From NCBI RefSeq assembly GCF_001194135.2, contig NC_068988.1, positions 17,541,419-17,605,418 of the forward strand: 64,000 bases of DNA. Reading direction: 5' to 3'. The stretch is from Octopus bimaculoides. Its lineage: Eukaryota. A model generated the notes under the pieces. The model did not search any database and was not told the DNA's origin. It was given only the letters and a program-made list of their open reading frames with translations. Below are positions 35,871 to 48,760 of this stretch, piece by piece (the stretch's first letter is position 1; the number at the start of each line of letters is the position of its first letter). Position numbers and translations under genes: made by a program.

Positions 35871-37099
35871 NNNNNNNNNNNNNNNNNNNNNNNNNNNNNN
35901 NNNNNNNNNNNNNNNNNNNNNNNNNNNNNNNNNNNNNNNNNNNNNNNNNNNNNNNNNNNNNNNNNNNNNNNNNNNNNNNNNNNNNNNNNNNNNNNNNNNN
36001 NNNNNNNNNNNNNNNNNNNNNNNNNNNNNNNNNNNNNNNNNNNNNNNNNNNNNNNNNNNNNNNNNNNNNNNNNNNNNNNNNNNNNNNNNNNNNNNNNNNN
36101 NNNNNNNNNNNNNNNNNNNNNNNNNNNNNNNNNNNNNNNNNNNNNNNNNNNNNNNNNNNNNNNNNNNNNNNNNNNNNNNNNNNNNNNNNNNNNNNNNNNN
36201 NNNNNNNNNNNNNNNNNNNNNNNNNNNNNNNNNNNNNNNNNNNNNNNNNNNNNNNNNNNNNNNNNNNNNNNNNNNNNNNNNNNNNNNNNNNNNNNNNNNN
36301 NNNNNNNNNNNNNNNNNNNNNNNNNNNNNNNNNNNNNNNNNNNNNNNNNNNNNNNNNNNNNNNNNNNNNNNNNNNNNNNNNNNNNNNNNNNNNNNNNNNN
36401 NNNNNNNNNNNNNNNNNNNNNNNNNNNNNNNNNNNNNNNNNNNNNNNNNNNNNNNNNNNNNNNNNNNNNNNNNNNNNNNNNNNNNNNNNNNNNNNNNNNN
36501 NNNNNNNNNNNNNNNNNNNNNNNNNNNNNNNNNNNNNNNNNNNNTATATATATATATATATGTACATATACATACACAGACACATATGTTTGGGTGCGTG
36601 TATATGTATATGTGTGTGTTTGTATTAGGCTTTTTTATATTTCGCATCCATTTAATGAACTTATTCTTTGCTATTATAGTTTTTTTTTTCTTGTTTCCGT
36701 TATTGGAATACGGCCATGCCGTGATATCGACTTGAAAGACTCAGTCGGAATATTTTCATACTTAATTTAAGTCTCGAGTTTACAGAATCACTCTCATTTT
36801 GCCAAACCGCTAGGCTACATTTGTGTAAACACATTATTACCCGGTTAAGCGGGTTTTGCATTATGATTTCAAATGCCCTTCAACTTTAATTCTTCAAAGA
36901 TTGATAGTATAATGTTCCATATAGTATATTCATAGTACAATGTTCTATATCATTGACTTTCTTACCCACCAAATAGCAGGCATTGCAGCTGCATTAAAGT
37001 ATCTATATATTGCTTACCATTTGGCATAATGCTTTTCAAATTAATTATAAATTATTTAGAAACTAAAAGCCGATAAATTCATATTTCTGTAGTAGTCCG

Positions 37100-37385
37100 G
37101 ATATGCTTGGAAACCGTTGTCATATTTGGCGGTATGTATGTATGTATGTATGTATGTATTATTGCGTCTGTGTCTTTATGTTTATGTTTGTCCTGCAACT
37201 CCACTTGGCAACTAGTTTTGGCTCGTTTCCGCCTCCGTTAGCTAGCGGTTTTAGAAAAAAAGGGAGCAGATAGAATAACAGTCAAGTTTAAAAGAACACA
37301 AGCACGGGTTGGACTTGTGCGACCAAGCCCTTCAAGGCGGTGACCCAACTTGGCCGCACTCAATTAACTGAAGCAAATAAATGAA
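37100..37385 (+). mobile_element. SINE family C, old degenerate copy
   Basis: tttgtcctgcaactccacttggcaac...tagcggtt...aaggcggtgacccaacttggccgcac. Confidence 0.6.
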
Positions 37386-37878
37386 TAAAATAATAAATGC
37401 TTATTTGAATCTGAACCAAAGTAATTGAAATTTATACCAAATTGTTATCATACAGGTTCATGAGAGTTTACAGCAGTAAGCCTGCGGATTACAAATTCCT
37501 TTGGAGTGAATTAAGTTGACTGAAATTAGAATTAAATTCAATCAAAGTTGCTAAGTTAATTAACATACACGCCAAGTTAATTTGAAAGTGCAGAGGCATT
37601 GTAAGCATACCGTTGTTCCTGAAAAGGTTAGATAGACTCGGGTAGGTGTTGAGAAAAGTTTAGATGGACCGTGGTAGGTGTTGAAAAAAGGTGATATATG
37701 AAATCTATATCATATAAACAATTAGTAATTTCAATGAGTGCAATACAAGAAATGAAATTAGACAAAATTAAAACCTTAGACAAAATTAACTCATTAAGTC
37801 TTAAAATAAGTATGTGAATATAAGGAGCCGAAACAGATACCATAAAATATTTTGTGCAGAAATGTAAAGATTTCACAA

Positions 37879-38196
37879 TTTTTTTTTCGCCCTATCAAAG
37901 CCTAGCTAGGCTCATGGGCCCGGTTTCCCGGTTTCTATGGCGTATGTGCTCTCCCCCCCCCCCAGCTGGACGGGACGCTAGTCCATCGCAGCGTTACTCA
38001 AGGAACAGGAAGAAAGAATTAGGGGAAAGTTGGGGCGGAAGAGTACAACAGGGGTTGCCGCCACCCCCTACCGGAGCCTCGTGGAGCTTAGGTTCTTTCA
38101 CTCAGTAAACACTCACAACGCTCGGTCTGGGAATCGAAACCGCGATCCTCCGACCGCGAGTCCGCTGCCCTAATCACTGGGCCATTGCGCCTCCAC
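37879..38196 (-). mobile_element. SINE family A head/body with an alternative 3' tail and poly(A)
   Basis: 38004-38196 matches family A; 37879-38003 is a different tail ending in A9. An 11-bp target-site duplication agatttcacaa lies at 37868-37878 and 38197-38207. Confidence 0.92.
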
Positions 38197-39164
38197 AGAT
38201 TTCACAAATACATCACCTTGATAACAATAAAGAGAACAGCAATAGCAACAATTCTGCCTCCTGCAGGCACTAGGAATGAAATTTTGGGAGAGGTTTGGGG
38301 TACGGGACTAGACAATTACTTCGAATACTATCAAGTCCATATATGTCTTCATGTATCCTACATAAGCTAGTCTTATTTGTTTATAGAGAATATAAATTCT
38401 GGTTTATTGTTTTGCGAGGGTTATCTGGATATAAATTCGGATTATAATGTTTAAAAGATTTAGAATTCTGTTGCAGACATTTAATCACTCCTTTCAGAAT
38501 GTCTGTTAGGAAGGAAATGTCTAATGATGCGTGTAGAAAAGTTTCTGTTGTAATTAAGTTGCAGGATCTATTGTTAGAAGTTTACAAGTTGAAAGCATGT
38601 TATTACTCTTTAAATCCTATATATGAATTTCCCGGTCAGAGAAAAAATTAAAATGCTAACTGTTTCGTAATTTGAATATATTGACGCATAAAAACTTTGG
38701 TTTAATGTGAATTATATATGTTTGCGGTAGTGTTAGTTCTAAGCGAGTATTAATGATAGTGATAACATGGACGTGTTTCAATAGAGAAGAAACTCTATTT
38801 TGAATAAATCTAGGTGCTGTGAAATATGATAGTTTAAAAATGATTCCATATCAATGTTATGGTGAAAGTATCTTGTCAATAAGACAGCGAAACACTGCTA
38901 TGGATGTCATCACATGTAATTTGAACTAACCAAAATCTTTAACTTATTTCTGAGATTAACCTCTCAGGTGCTTTCTGAAATATGTTATTATTTTTAAAAC
39001 ATCAAATCCGTTTCTATATAAGCTACATTGCAGCTTACGTTTCCGTGCTGAACAATATTCGAGAGTTTAAGTGTTTCTGTGTGTAAATTTAAATCTGGCT
39101 CAGGCCATGTCAAGCTTCATAGCACCGCCTGATAGGATTTGCTAGATCGTTTTCAAGAAATGTT

Positions 39165-40480
39165 TATGGTATCATGGCCCATTCAAGTAGAGGATTTTTG
39201 TTGGTATAGGTGGCTTATCTGATATCCTTTAAAAAAATTGTCCATATTCCGTTTAAGGGTGATGCGAACTTTTTCCTTTATGATTTGTTTTAGGATAATG
39301 TTAAATAGGCAGGCCAGTTGTATGAAAGAAATTATGTTGCAGTGCATTTATGTGTTGTGATGCTGAATTATGTAGGGGACGCATGGCACGTACTCCTAGT
39401 CTTGGCTGAATTCCGAAACTAATGTCAAGGCCGTTTGGGCAATGCAAGTAGCATATTCTCCCCATTGTGCAAATGATGTATCGTTCACGGTGGCACTGGA
39501 GAGAATAGAGTTTCAGTGCTTTAAGGCGGTCCTAATAATAGAAATCGGTCATGCCCTTAATTGTTTTAGTGAATGCTCTCTGGGGTTTCGATTCTCGTAA
39601 TGTTTTGTTTTGTGTGGGGAAACCACAGGGGGCAGCAGTATTCTAGGTGTGGCGGTACAAAGGAGAAAAGAGCAATGACGTTGTTGTTGATGTGGGCGCT
39701 CGAATGGAGATTGTTGTCAACAATTACACCTCTCTGATATTATTAGATGTTGTGAGTGGTCCTCCCGAAGGAAGAGAGTATGGTTGTTTTAGCATAGTCT
39801 TTTATCCAAAATGCATCAGTTCAAAACTTCTCTCGTTTAGTCGCATTTTGTCTACGTCTGACAATTGGCTTACAACATGTAGATCAGACTGGAGTTTAGT
39901 TCGGTCATTCCTTCGTCGATAATGTTCGGGAGATTGTAGTCATCGGCGAATATTTTCACTTTCTTGTGTTTCATGACGCTTGAAATGTTTATATAGACTA
40001 TAAACAGAAGCGGACGCAAGACAGTCCGCTGCAGAAACACCACTGGTGACAATTGTTGGGCTTGAATGGATTTCACGTATTACATGTGTTCTGTTCCCCA
40101 GGAAATACTTAATCCAGTGTAGTAGTTTTCCACAGATTCCAATATTTGACAATTTTGACTGTGGGATATTGTGATCGACTCTGTCAAACGCTTTTGCTGA
40201 AATCAAGACATATGACGTCAGCTTTCTAACCTAGTCCAAAGGCTTTAAGGTTATCGTTGATGTGATGTAAGAGCTGTGTAAGACAGTCCATGCCACAGCG
40301 AATTGCTAGTTGGAATTTAGAAGATTGTATCTCTCCAGGAAGCGAGCAATTCTTGTTCTCACTACCCTTTCAAATGCTTTGAGAATATGGGAGATGAGTG
40401 AGATTGGGTGATAGTTGACTGAGAGGTATCTATTTCCCTGTTTCAAGACTATATATATAGTAACAACAAGAACTTTTTGA
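39165..40480 (-). mobile_element. CR1-like LINE, RT and 3' end remnant
   Basis: NYHPISLISHILKAFERVV, SAKAFDRVDH, TVLRPLLFIVYI, IFADD, EYCCPLW, DRLKALKLYSLQ..RERY; multiple stops and frameshifts. Confidence 0.9.
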
Positions 40481-41747
40481 TGGAGATTCATTAACCTTTT
40501 AATGATTTAGTTGCTGTATTTGCCATCCATAGGATATTACAAATATGATTTGCGAAATCCATGGATTAACACGTGTTCATCATCATCATCATTATATATT
40601 TATAATTATTATAAGCTTAAGATTATAAATTTTCTTTATTTCGATAAAGTTTCTGTTCACTACTGTTATCTTTCACTTTTTCTTTATTTATCATGTCTCA
40701 TTTTTTTATTTACTTTTTAATCACTCCTTGAAATATTAATGTATTAATATAATTGTTACTTTTAGTAACCCTTTGTATTTTTTATACGTCACAATAATCT
40801 GTAGTGTAAGAATTTATTCTCTAGTGATTGCTTTTCTATATTTAGTTTTCTTCCTCATACTCACTTTACATGATTACGTATATATCTCATACAAGGTTTA
40901 CATGTATGGCAAGTTCTGCGCTTCTTTGCAAACACATTATGGTCCATCTGATCTTCTCAAGTAACCATTCTCTGGCTAAATTACATCCGTCCTTTCGAGA
41001 TAATTTCAATTAACTATATATTGGTGCGAGTTTAATTCTGAATTCAACCAAAATTAGCATGTTCTGAATGAAATATTAATCCACAAACCAATGAGTGTAA
41101 GCCTCATTAAAACTGCTCTTTTGAATTGTTTTGGTATGAATTTCAATTTATTTTATTCTGTCTTCAATCAAATTCACGATAGAAATATTAATCTCTTGCC
41201 GTTGTATTTTTAACAACTGCAAACTCAGTTTTAAAATTTTAATAACAAATGCTAAGCTCCATTTAAAATAACGACATCAAGAGCAACATCTTCCTTATAC
41301 CACTTCGTCACTAATCAATGATGGAATTGTTTATTGTAATAACAGATAAATTTGATTAGCTGGAAATCTATAATGAAACATTAGCTTTCTTCCAAAATAT
41401 CATCGCAAACATATTGGTGTGGCTGCGTTTTTTCTTTCTTTCTTTTCCATTCATCTTTACATTTCTTTCTTTTTTCTTTCTGTCCCCTCTCTCTTTTCCT
41501 CTTTCTGTTCTGTCTCCTTCTTTCTCTACCCTCCCTCTCACACTTTCTTTTCTCTCCATCATTTGCTCACTCGCAAACGCGTGCGCATACGCTTTCATTT
41601 TCTTTCTGATTTTACCGATTGTTACAGTTTTCTCGTTTTCTTTGTGACGTTCAATCTTTTCATACTGAATTCAAATATTTCTAATACGGTAACAATTTAA
41701 CACCATATTCTAACAGTTTTCTGTCTTTTCTTCTTCCATATTTATAC

Positions 41748-41778
<31 letters not shown>

Positions 41779-42018
41779 NNNNNNNNNNNNNNNNNNNNNN
41801 NNNNNNNNNNNNNNNNNNNNNNNNNNNNNNNNNNNNNNNNNNNNNNNNNNNNNNNNNNNNNNNNNNNNNNNNNNNNNNNNNNNNNNNNNNNNNNNNNNNN
41901 NNNNNNNNNNNNNNNNNNNNNNNNNNNNNNNNNNNNNNNNNNNNNNATCCAAATTCACAGGTGAATATGTGACTGGATTTTCATCGATGATTTCATGAAC
42001 CTTGGTTCTTTTCTCTAA

Positions 42019-42074
<56 letters not shown>

Positions 42075-42208
42075 AAATGTGCGAGCGTATGTATATATAA
42101 TGTATATATGCATGCATATATAAATACATAGTTTATTCTACATGGGTAGAGATATAGGAAACAACAGAAGCTGAAAATGCACTGAGAATAGTTAAAATAT
42201 ATTTCATT

Positions 42209-42705
42209 AATATATTGAAAGCTTTAACCGGTTTCACAATTTACAGTGGTTTTCTGAAACTTCAAATAGAAAGACGTGGCTTTTGTCCCAGCTGTCTTGC
42301 TTCTGACTAGTGTTTGAAGCTGGCCTTTTTTTTTTTTTTTTTGATAGGGAGTTCATGGCTCAAATTGAGAACAGCGTAGATTTACTGTGTAATCTCTTTT
42401 CAACAGAGTTGACTTAATGATAACTATGTGATGAAAACAAAAAATTCCTGAAGTTGTTAACGTTGGATACCGTGTTCGTTTATTTTAATCTATTTTCTTA
42501 GATAACTGTGTCAGTGATCGGTCTCAAATATAGAGTTCAAGGACACGTACGTAACACAGAACTTGACAAAAGTGGCAGACGCGTTGTAATTTAATTAATG
42601 ATAGTTAATTGTTTTATAAGCCATGTCTTTCCATTGCTTGAATATGTCTTTCCAGTGCTTGAATATCAGTGTAAATTGTGAAACCAGTTAAAGCTTTAAA
42701 TATAT
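42209..42705. mobile_element. MITE-like element with ~40-bp terminal inverted repeats
   Basis: aatatattgaaagctttaaccggtttcacaatttacagtg (42209-42248) versus cagtgtaaattgtgaaaccagttaaagctttaaatatat (42667-42705). Confidence 0.7.
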
Positions 42706-43315
42706 CAATAAGAAATATTAAAATAGTAGGGTAAAAAAGTGGATATTAATTAATATCAATTTACTACCAGGAAACTAGAACAGATTTTTTATTTTTTGAG
42801 AACTATTCGGTGATCTTCTTCTAGCACATTAGCAGTCCACTTAGTGGTCTCTTTTATATATATATATACATATATATATATAGGCGCACATAGCACGCAT
42901 ATGTATGTATGTATGCATCCACGTATGTATATTTGTATATATGACACCTTGCAATACACTCATAAAAACATACTAAACTACTGGTTATATATGCCATGCA
43001 ATTAGAAACTTATAGAGTACTGTGTTTAAGAATTGTTGCAGTTTCCACACAAGCCTGACCCACAAACTCTCTGTAGCACTCAAAACAGTGATTGCAAATA
43101 TTAAGTAAACTAAATACACTGAAGTGTTGCTATCGTAACACATTTCACATTGTTGCTAAGTGTAAATCACGTGCAAAATATTCCCATCGGAAATCTACAG
43201 AACAAATACTCTTATAAATAGTTGTAGTGTTTCTCATAAGTTAATCCCATATCGACCAAAGCGTTGGAAGATAAAAAAGAAAAAAACATTTTTAAAGATG
43301 TGAGAAGTGAGGACT

Positions 43316-43554
43316 GCGTAGATTTACTGTGTAATCTCTTTTTAACAGAGTTGACTTAATGATAACTATGTGATGAAAACAAAAAAAATCCCTGAAGTCG
43401 TTAACGCTAGATACGGTTTTCGTTTATTTTAATCTATTTTCTTAGATAATTGGGACAGTGATCGGTTTCAAATGTAGAGTTCAAAGACCAGTAGGTAACA
43501 CAAAATTTGACAAAAGTGATAGACGTGCTGTAATTTATTTGATGATAGCTAATT
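43316..43554 (+). repeat. Direct duplicate of 42374-42610
   Basis: gcgtagatttactgtgtaatctc...gataactatgtgatgaaaac...ttgacaaaagtg occurs in both; diverged by roughly 10-15% by eye. Confidence 0.92.
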
Positions 43555-46090
43555 TATTGTTTATATGGTTACTCTGAATCGAGTAAGTCCTTAATAAAGA
43601 ATATTTGTACGGTGCACCATCATGGTTTTTTTTTCCTCATGTAATTTGACCGAGTTAGTCGGTGTCTACTTATTGTGTTACCTAATTGTCACTGAAATGT
43701 GCTTACCATACGACGGATATGTGCAGGATTGGGAACAAGTATTTAAGGAAGACTACCAATTGCTCATGCACTTAAGTTTTCCCCCCTTTCGACGACACTG
43801 ATGTCTCTGCCGGGGTACTTCTACCGAAATAAGATGAATGATTCAGATAAGTACCTGTCTCTTCATACACGTCGTCAGTATCAGAACATAAAGAGCCTGA
43901 TCAGATATCACAAGGTACTTCGCCCTGCGTTCTGACAGTTTCTCCAATTAATCACTCTGGTTCCTCAGCGGTGTTTGAATTCAGACCGCTGAGTCGGAAT
44001 AAATATTTCAAGGTATTCTGTCCAACAGAAAAATTAGAGATTTCCTTGTTGAGAGACTCCTCAACGATCAAAGCAATTTATTTAGTTTTGCCTTACTTAA
44101 GTTCAAAATGTGTTGATATCAGGATTGGTTTTGTATTTCATACCACTGGAGTGATAAGGTAGAGGGTTATAACTATTATAACTACTCCTTACATATTTAT
44201 AACCCTGTGTTAATACAAGAAATCAATAAAATTATATGTCTGTGTAGTGATAATTCCTAACGAATCGTCACTGTTTTCGATATTTTATTATACGTCCTCG
44301 TTGCGACACATTTCCGTTACTTCTCAGTTTCTGTTTATTGATTCTCCTCTTCCTGTCTTCTTTGCGCACAAATACTCCATCTTTGGTTCAGTTATTTATT
44401 CATATATTAATTGTCCCTTCTTGAAAGTGTCATGAATTGTTAATAAGTAGAGTATTATCCCCTTTACCCCCTTAGTAACTAACGAATTCAACTCAACTGG
44501 TGTAGCTATGTACAATCCAGTATTCTTGGACGGCGAACAACCTTACATTAAATACGTCATGGGAGTCGCCGTCACTGTTACTGTTGTAATTGTTATTGGT
44601 GCAGATGTTGACTGGATGGCAAGTTACCCAATAAATAAATATCACCAATTGATATATAAAATTATACAACGAATGCTCTATGAGACTTAATTGGACACTA
44701 TAATCGTTATATTTTATTGTTGTTCTTATTTTCATTAATAATAGTTGTAACAGCACATATTGTTTTATTGATGTTAGTTTCATTGTATAAATAGCATTTT
44801 CTATTAACCTGTCTGCTCGTAGTTATCAGTTGTGTTAGTCACGGTAGCCCCAGTTATTTTGGTTCATCTTCAGATAGGCTAAAGAGAACAAATTTGTGAT
44901 GAAACCACCTTCCAACCATGACTACTCTGTTTTTTTTTTTTCCTGGAATTTGATATCAATATATACATTATATAATGTGTTTTTTCCAACAATTTAAGTT
45001 TGATTTGAGGGAGATATGGCTGTTTTAACTTGTTTAACAGCTTATGCTAGCAGTTAGAAGCTTCGTGTTTGGGCATGGATAATTTTCCTTTGCCAAGATT
45101 TTCTGATAATATTTCCATAAATACTACACCACATTTCTCTTGTCTAATTTCTCATTTACATTAAATCTGCCGATTTAATGACCTCAGCAAATTAGAAAGT
45201 GTCAATCGAGCTATCGATTAGCAGTTTAACTAATGGTGCTTTCACATAGACAGAGAGATTGATCAGATGGTTAGATATATATTAATTACTTGAGGTCAAA
45301 AATTCATACATATATTAATTTACCGGATTTCATAAGCACAGATGGTGCTTCCAATATAATAATATAAATGAAAACAACAGAAGTAATTTTCTGACTTTCA
45401 ATTGACTTAGTACCCACCTAATGATCATCTATACTGCATCATCGATTAAATTTTCTTCACGAGTAAATTTGATGTTTTGCTCCAAGGAAGCCAAACAGCT
45501 GATGGGAGAAAGTAATAGTTTCACAAAGAATATTTTAATTTCGGGTGCAATCTGATATTAATCGTTCATACAAGTTAAATTTGGAATAGTTTACATATCT
45601 CTCTTTGTGCTTCTGTTTAGTTTCCTCATATATATAAAATACTTATTTCGTAGGCTGCAATTCAATTTCACTCACATGTATGTTACTGCACACTGTAAAT
45701 ATCCACTGACTGTATGATAGTTAACGTTTGTATTTCCGAAATATTTTGCACCAACACAGTCCGCATGTTGAATAGGGACACCGTTCTTAAATATAATACA
45801 CGTGAAAAGGATTAAACTTGTCAGTAACTACTCATACAAGAAACTATCGAAGATACAGGAAAGTTTATACAATTAGGCCGTAATTGGTTCTCAAATCAAT
45901 TCTGATATAAAGAACAGGACTTCAATGTCAATTTTCATAAACTATTAAATCACACAAAATAATCCTTTATTAATGATTACTGTATATTGATTTCCAGTTA
46001 CCATTCTACCGGTGTGTGCTAACTATATATTTAAACCATTTCTCGCACACATTTACATAAATATTATATCTTTACATTAATATTATATCT

Positions 46091-46330
46091 CCAAGAATCC
46101 CTCTCAACACATGGCTATGATGGTTCTTCCACTACCACCCCTGCTCATGGTCACAGGAGTGGTTAAGATCAAGCAAATGACAAACAAATCTGTGGTATTG
46201 CGCAGAATATTTGTTATAACGACATTTCTGTTTCGGCAACTCAGCGATGAATTTGTCTGAAATGTAATGGAAAAGAGTGATGTCCAGGTTGTTTCACTTC
46301 GTCAACTCAAAAAGACGTGTTTAAGCATGT
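46091..46330 (-). mobile_element. Unclassified repeat family D fragment
   Basis: cctctcaacacatggctatgatgg...ggttaagatcaagcaaatg, shared with the copies at 47811 and ~51910. Confidence 0.8.
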
Positions 46331-46370
46331 GATATGCATTTCCCTTTCTTCTAACTATTAAGATGTTGTT

Positions 46371-46750
46371 TTTATTTTATTCCTTTACTTGTTTCAGACA
46401 TTTGACAGCGGCCATGCTGGAGCACCGCCTTTAGTCGAACACATCGACCCCAGAACTTATTCTTTATAAACCTAGTACTTATTATATCGGTCTATTTTGT
46501 CGCATCATTAAGTTACGAGGATGTAAGCACGCCAACATCAGTTGTCAAGCGATGGTTGGGGGAGGACAAACAGAGACACACACGTGGAAACACACACAGG
46601 CTTCTTTCAGTTTCCGTCTGCAAAATCCACTCACAAGGCTTTAGTCGGTCCTAGGCTATAGTAGAAGACACTTGCCCAAGGTGCCACGCAATGGGATTGA
46701 ACGCGGTACCATGTGGCTGGAAAGCAAACTTCTTACAACACAGCCACTCC
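46371..46750 (-). mobile_element. SINE family C, near full length
   Basis: gcggccatgctggagcaccgcctttagtcga...gacacttgcccaaggtgccacgc...cagccactcc. Confidence 0.92.
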
Positions 46751-47535
46751 GGTGTTAATTCAAATTAAATAACAATTATAGTAATTTGCTTGCAATCAGC
46801 TATTTCATGCCTTAGTCTCATGAGGTGCTGAATTTTGACCCCTTTGTCGTTCTTTGTTTTGTTTTTTTTTGCTGTTTTTTTTTTGCCCAAGCAAAATATC
46901 GTCACACACGGGAGAAACAGTCCTTTTAATCATTTCGCTTGTATTGACTTGATTTCAATTTACCCATGTATCGGTCTTCATAGATACTTCAACAATAGCA
47001 GCATTCACAATAGTATTGCAGATTGTCATCTGTTTCATAAATCAAGAATAAATGATAGTTGGAAGCAACTTGAGATCCCTTAATTCTTTAAACTGAAAAT
47101 GCCTCGATGCTAAATGTGTATATCGATCTGAATTTCATTTGAAGTTGTCTCCAATCTATAATTTTGAAGACGTTTGTAGCTTATAACTAGAAAGTTTGGT
47201 AAACTTGGTATGAATTTGTTGTCAACTTCAATATTCACTGACTTAATGTGACAATCACATACATTTGAATGATCTAATTTCGTTAAGTGCTGTAGACTTA
47301 ACGTCGGTTGAAATCAATTATATTGAAAACCATACTTAGCGTAAAACTTTTTACATTTATTAAGTAACAACAATATCGTTAACATTATTTCGTTACAATT
47401 ATCGTAGACACCTATTCCAAAATAGACGTTTTTGATCTTTTAGTTGGGGGAAACCATTAAATATTAAGCTGTAGAGATCATTTCAGAGTTTAACATGGGT
47501 AAGTTATAAGAAATGATTCCAAGATTCACAAGTTA

Positions 47536-47673
47536 ATGAATTATCATGTATGAATTATCATGTATGGATTATCATGTATGAATTATCATGTATGGATTAT
47601 CATGTATGAATTATCATGTATGAATTATCATGTATGGATTATCATGTATGGATTATCATGTATGGATTATCAT
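47536..47673. repeat. 14-bp minisatellite ATG(A/G)ATTATCATGT, about 10 units
   Basis: Read directly; unit order A A G A G A A G G G. Confidence 0.95.
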
Positions 47674-47810
47674 CAGATGATACAGTATAACACGATTTTT
47701 CTCTTTGGGTATCAACTGTTTCTTCCTGTTTGCTTACTCATAGAAAGTATGAAAATTGGCTAATTTTCCCTTCAGACTTTGTATTAATTACATTTATTCG
47801 CACTGTAATG

Positions 47811-48760
47811 AATGCCTCTCAACACATGGCTATGATGGTTCCTTCACTGACCCTGCTCTTGATCACAGATGCACTCAAGGACATGCAGGAGTGGTTAAGA
47901 TCAAGCAAATGTCAAGCAAATCTGTTTTATGAAGCAGAGTATTTGTTATAACGATATTTCTGCTTCAGCAACTCCACAATGAATCTGTCTGAAATGCGAT
48001 GGAAAATAGGTCAGTCCCAAAACATTGACGTCCAGGTTACAACAGCAGAGTTTGAAGGGAATAATAGTTATTTCCTTTGATTGTTACACCATTGTAATAA
48101 AATGAATAGACTGGTCCAATCACCACCCTGAATGTAGGCCAGGTTGATTGAGTGAAGGAGTATAAAAAGCTAAGAATACACAGAAATGTTACATTTACTG
48201 ATACTTCACCCAAAGTGTACACATTTATGCACCATGGGAGCGCCATCCACTTTCCTGGACACGTATCCTGGACATCAAGATGACATGATAACGTTTCTAT
48301 TGCTTGAGATACGAACACTGGGTGCCAATTGACAGGGTCTAGAAAGATTTGTTGAATGGATAGATGGCTTTCGGAAACAGAGCACAAGAAGCTTTATGAG
48401 AGACGCTGAATCACTGAACATCAGCAGGAATTAGATAATGCTTGATATCGCTGTTTCTGTAACTGAACCTGTGCCAAACTTTCGATAGAGTCTATATGTT
48501 GTTATTTTCGAGGAATTTATGAGGATTAATATAGTGCCAAATAGAAACCAGGTCAACACTGTGCCTCAAACCGAGGACAGCACTTTCACATTCAACAACT
48601 ACTGGGGCTGTCAGATCTCTTTTTTGGGGTCCTCCTCAGCAGAATAAACTCTGATAACAGAAGCAAGTCACTTTGGAGCTGAAAATCCAAGTTGCTGTGT
48701 TAATCACTAGAAAGGTGAGAAATGCATAACATTGGTTCAGAGTTTACCAAGTGAAATCCT
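47811..48760 (-). mobile_element. Family D fragment with a ~700-bp GC-richer extension (possible parent element)
   Basis: 47811-48030 matches 46091-46330. It continues into sequence richer in GC than the flanks, with interrupted reading frames of unrecognised type. The right boundary is approximate. Confidence 0.5.

Noticed and set aside
38400-38620. Possible third Penelope fragment (minus frame KGVIKCLQQ)
   Set aside because: The similarity is limited to a few residues and is too weak to call.
44508-44690. ORF with a transmembrane-like VMGVAVTVTVVIVIG stretch
   Set aside because: The hydrophobicity comes from a GTT/ACT low-complexity tract, and there are no good splice sites.
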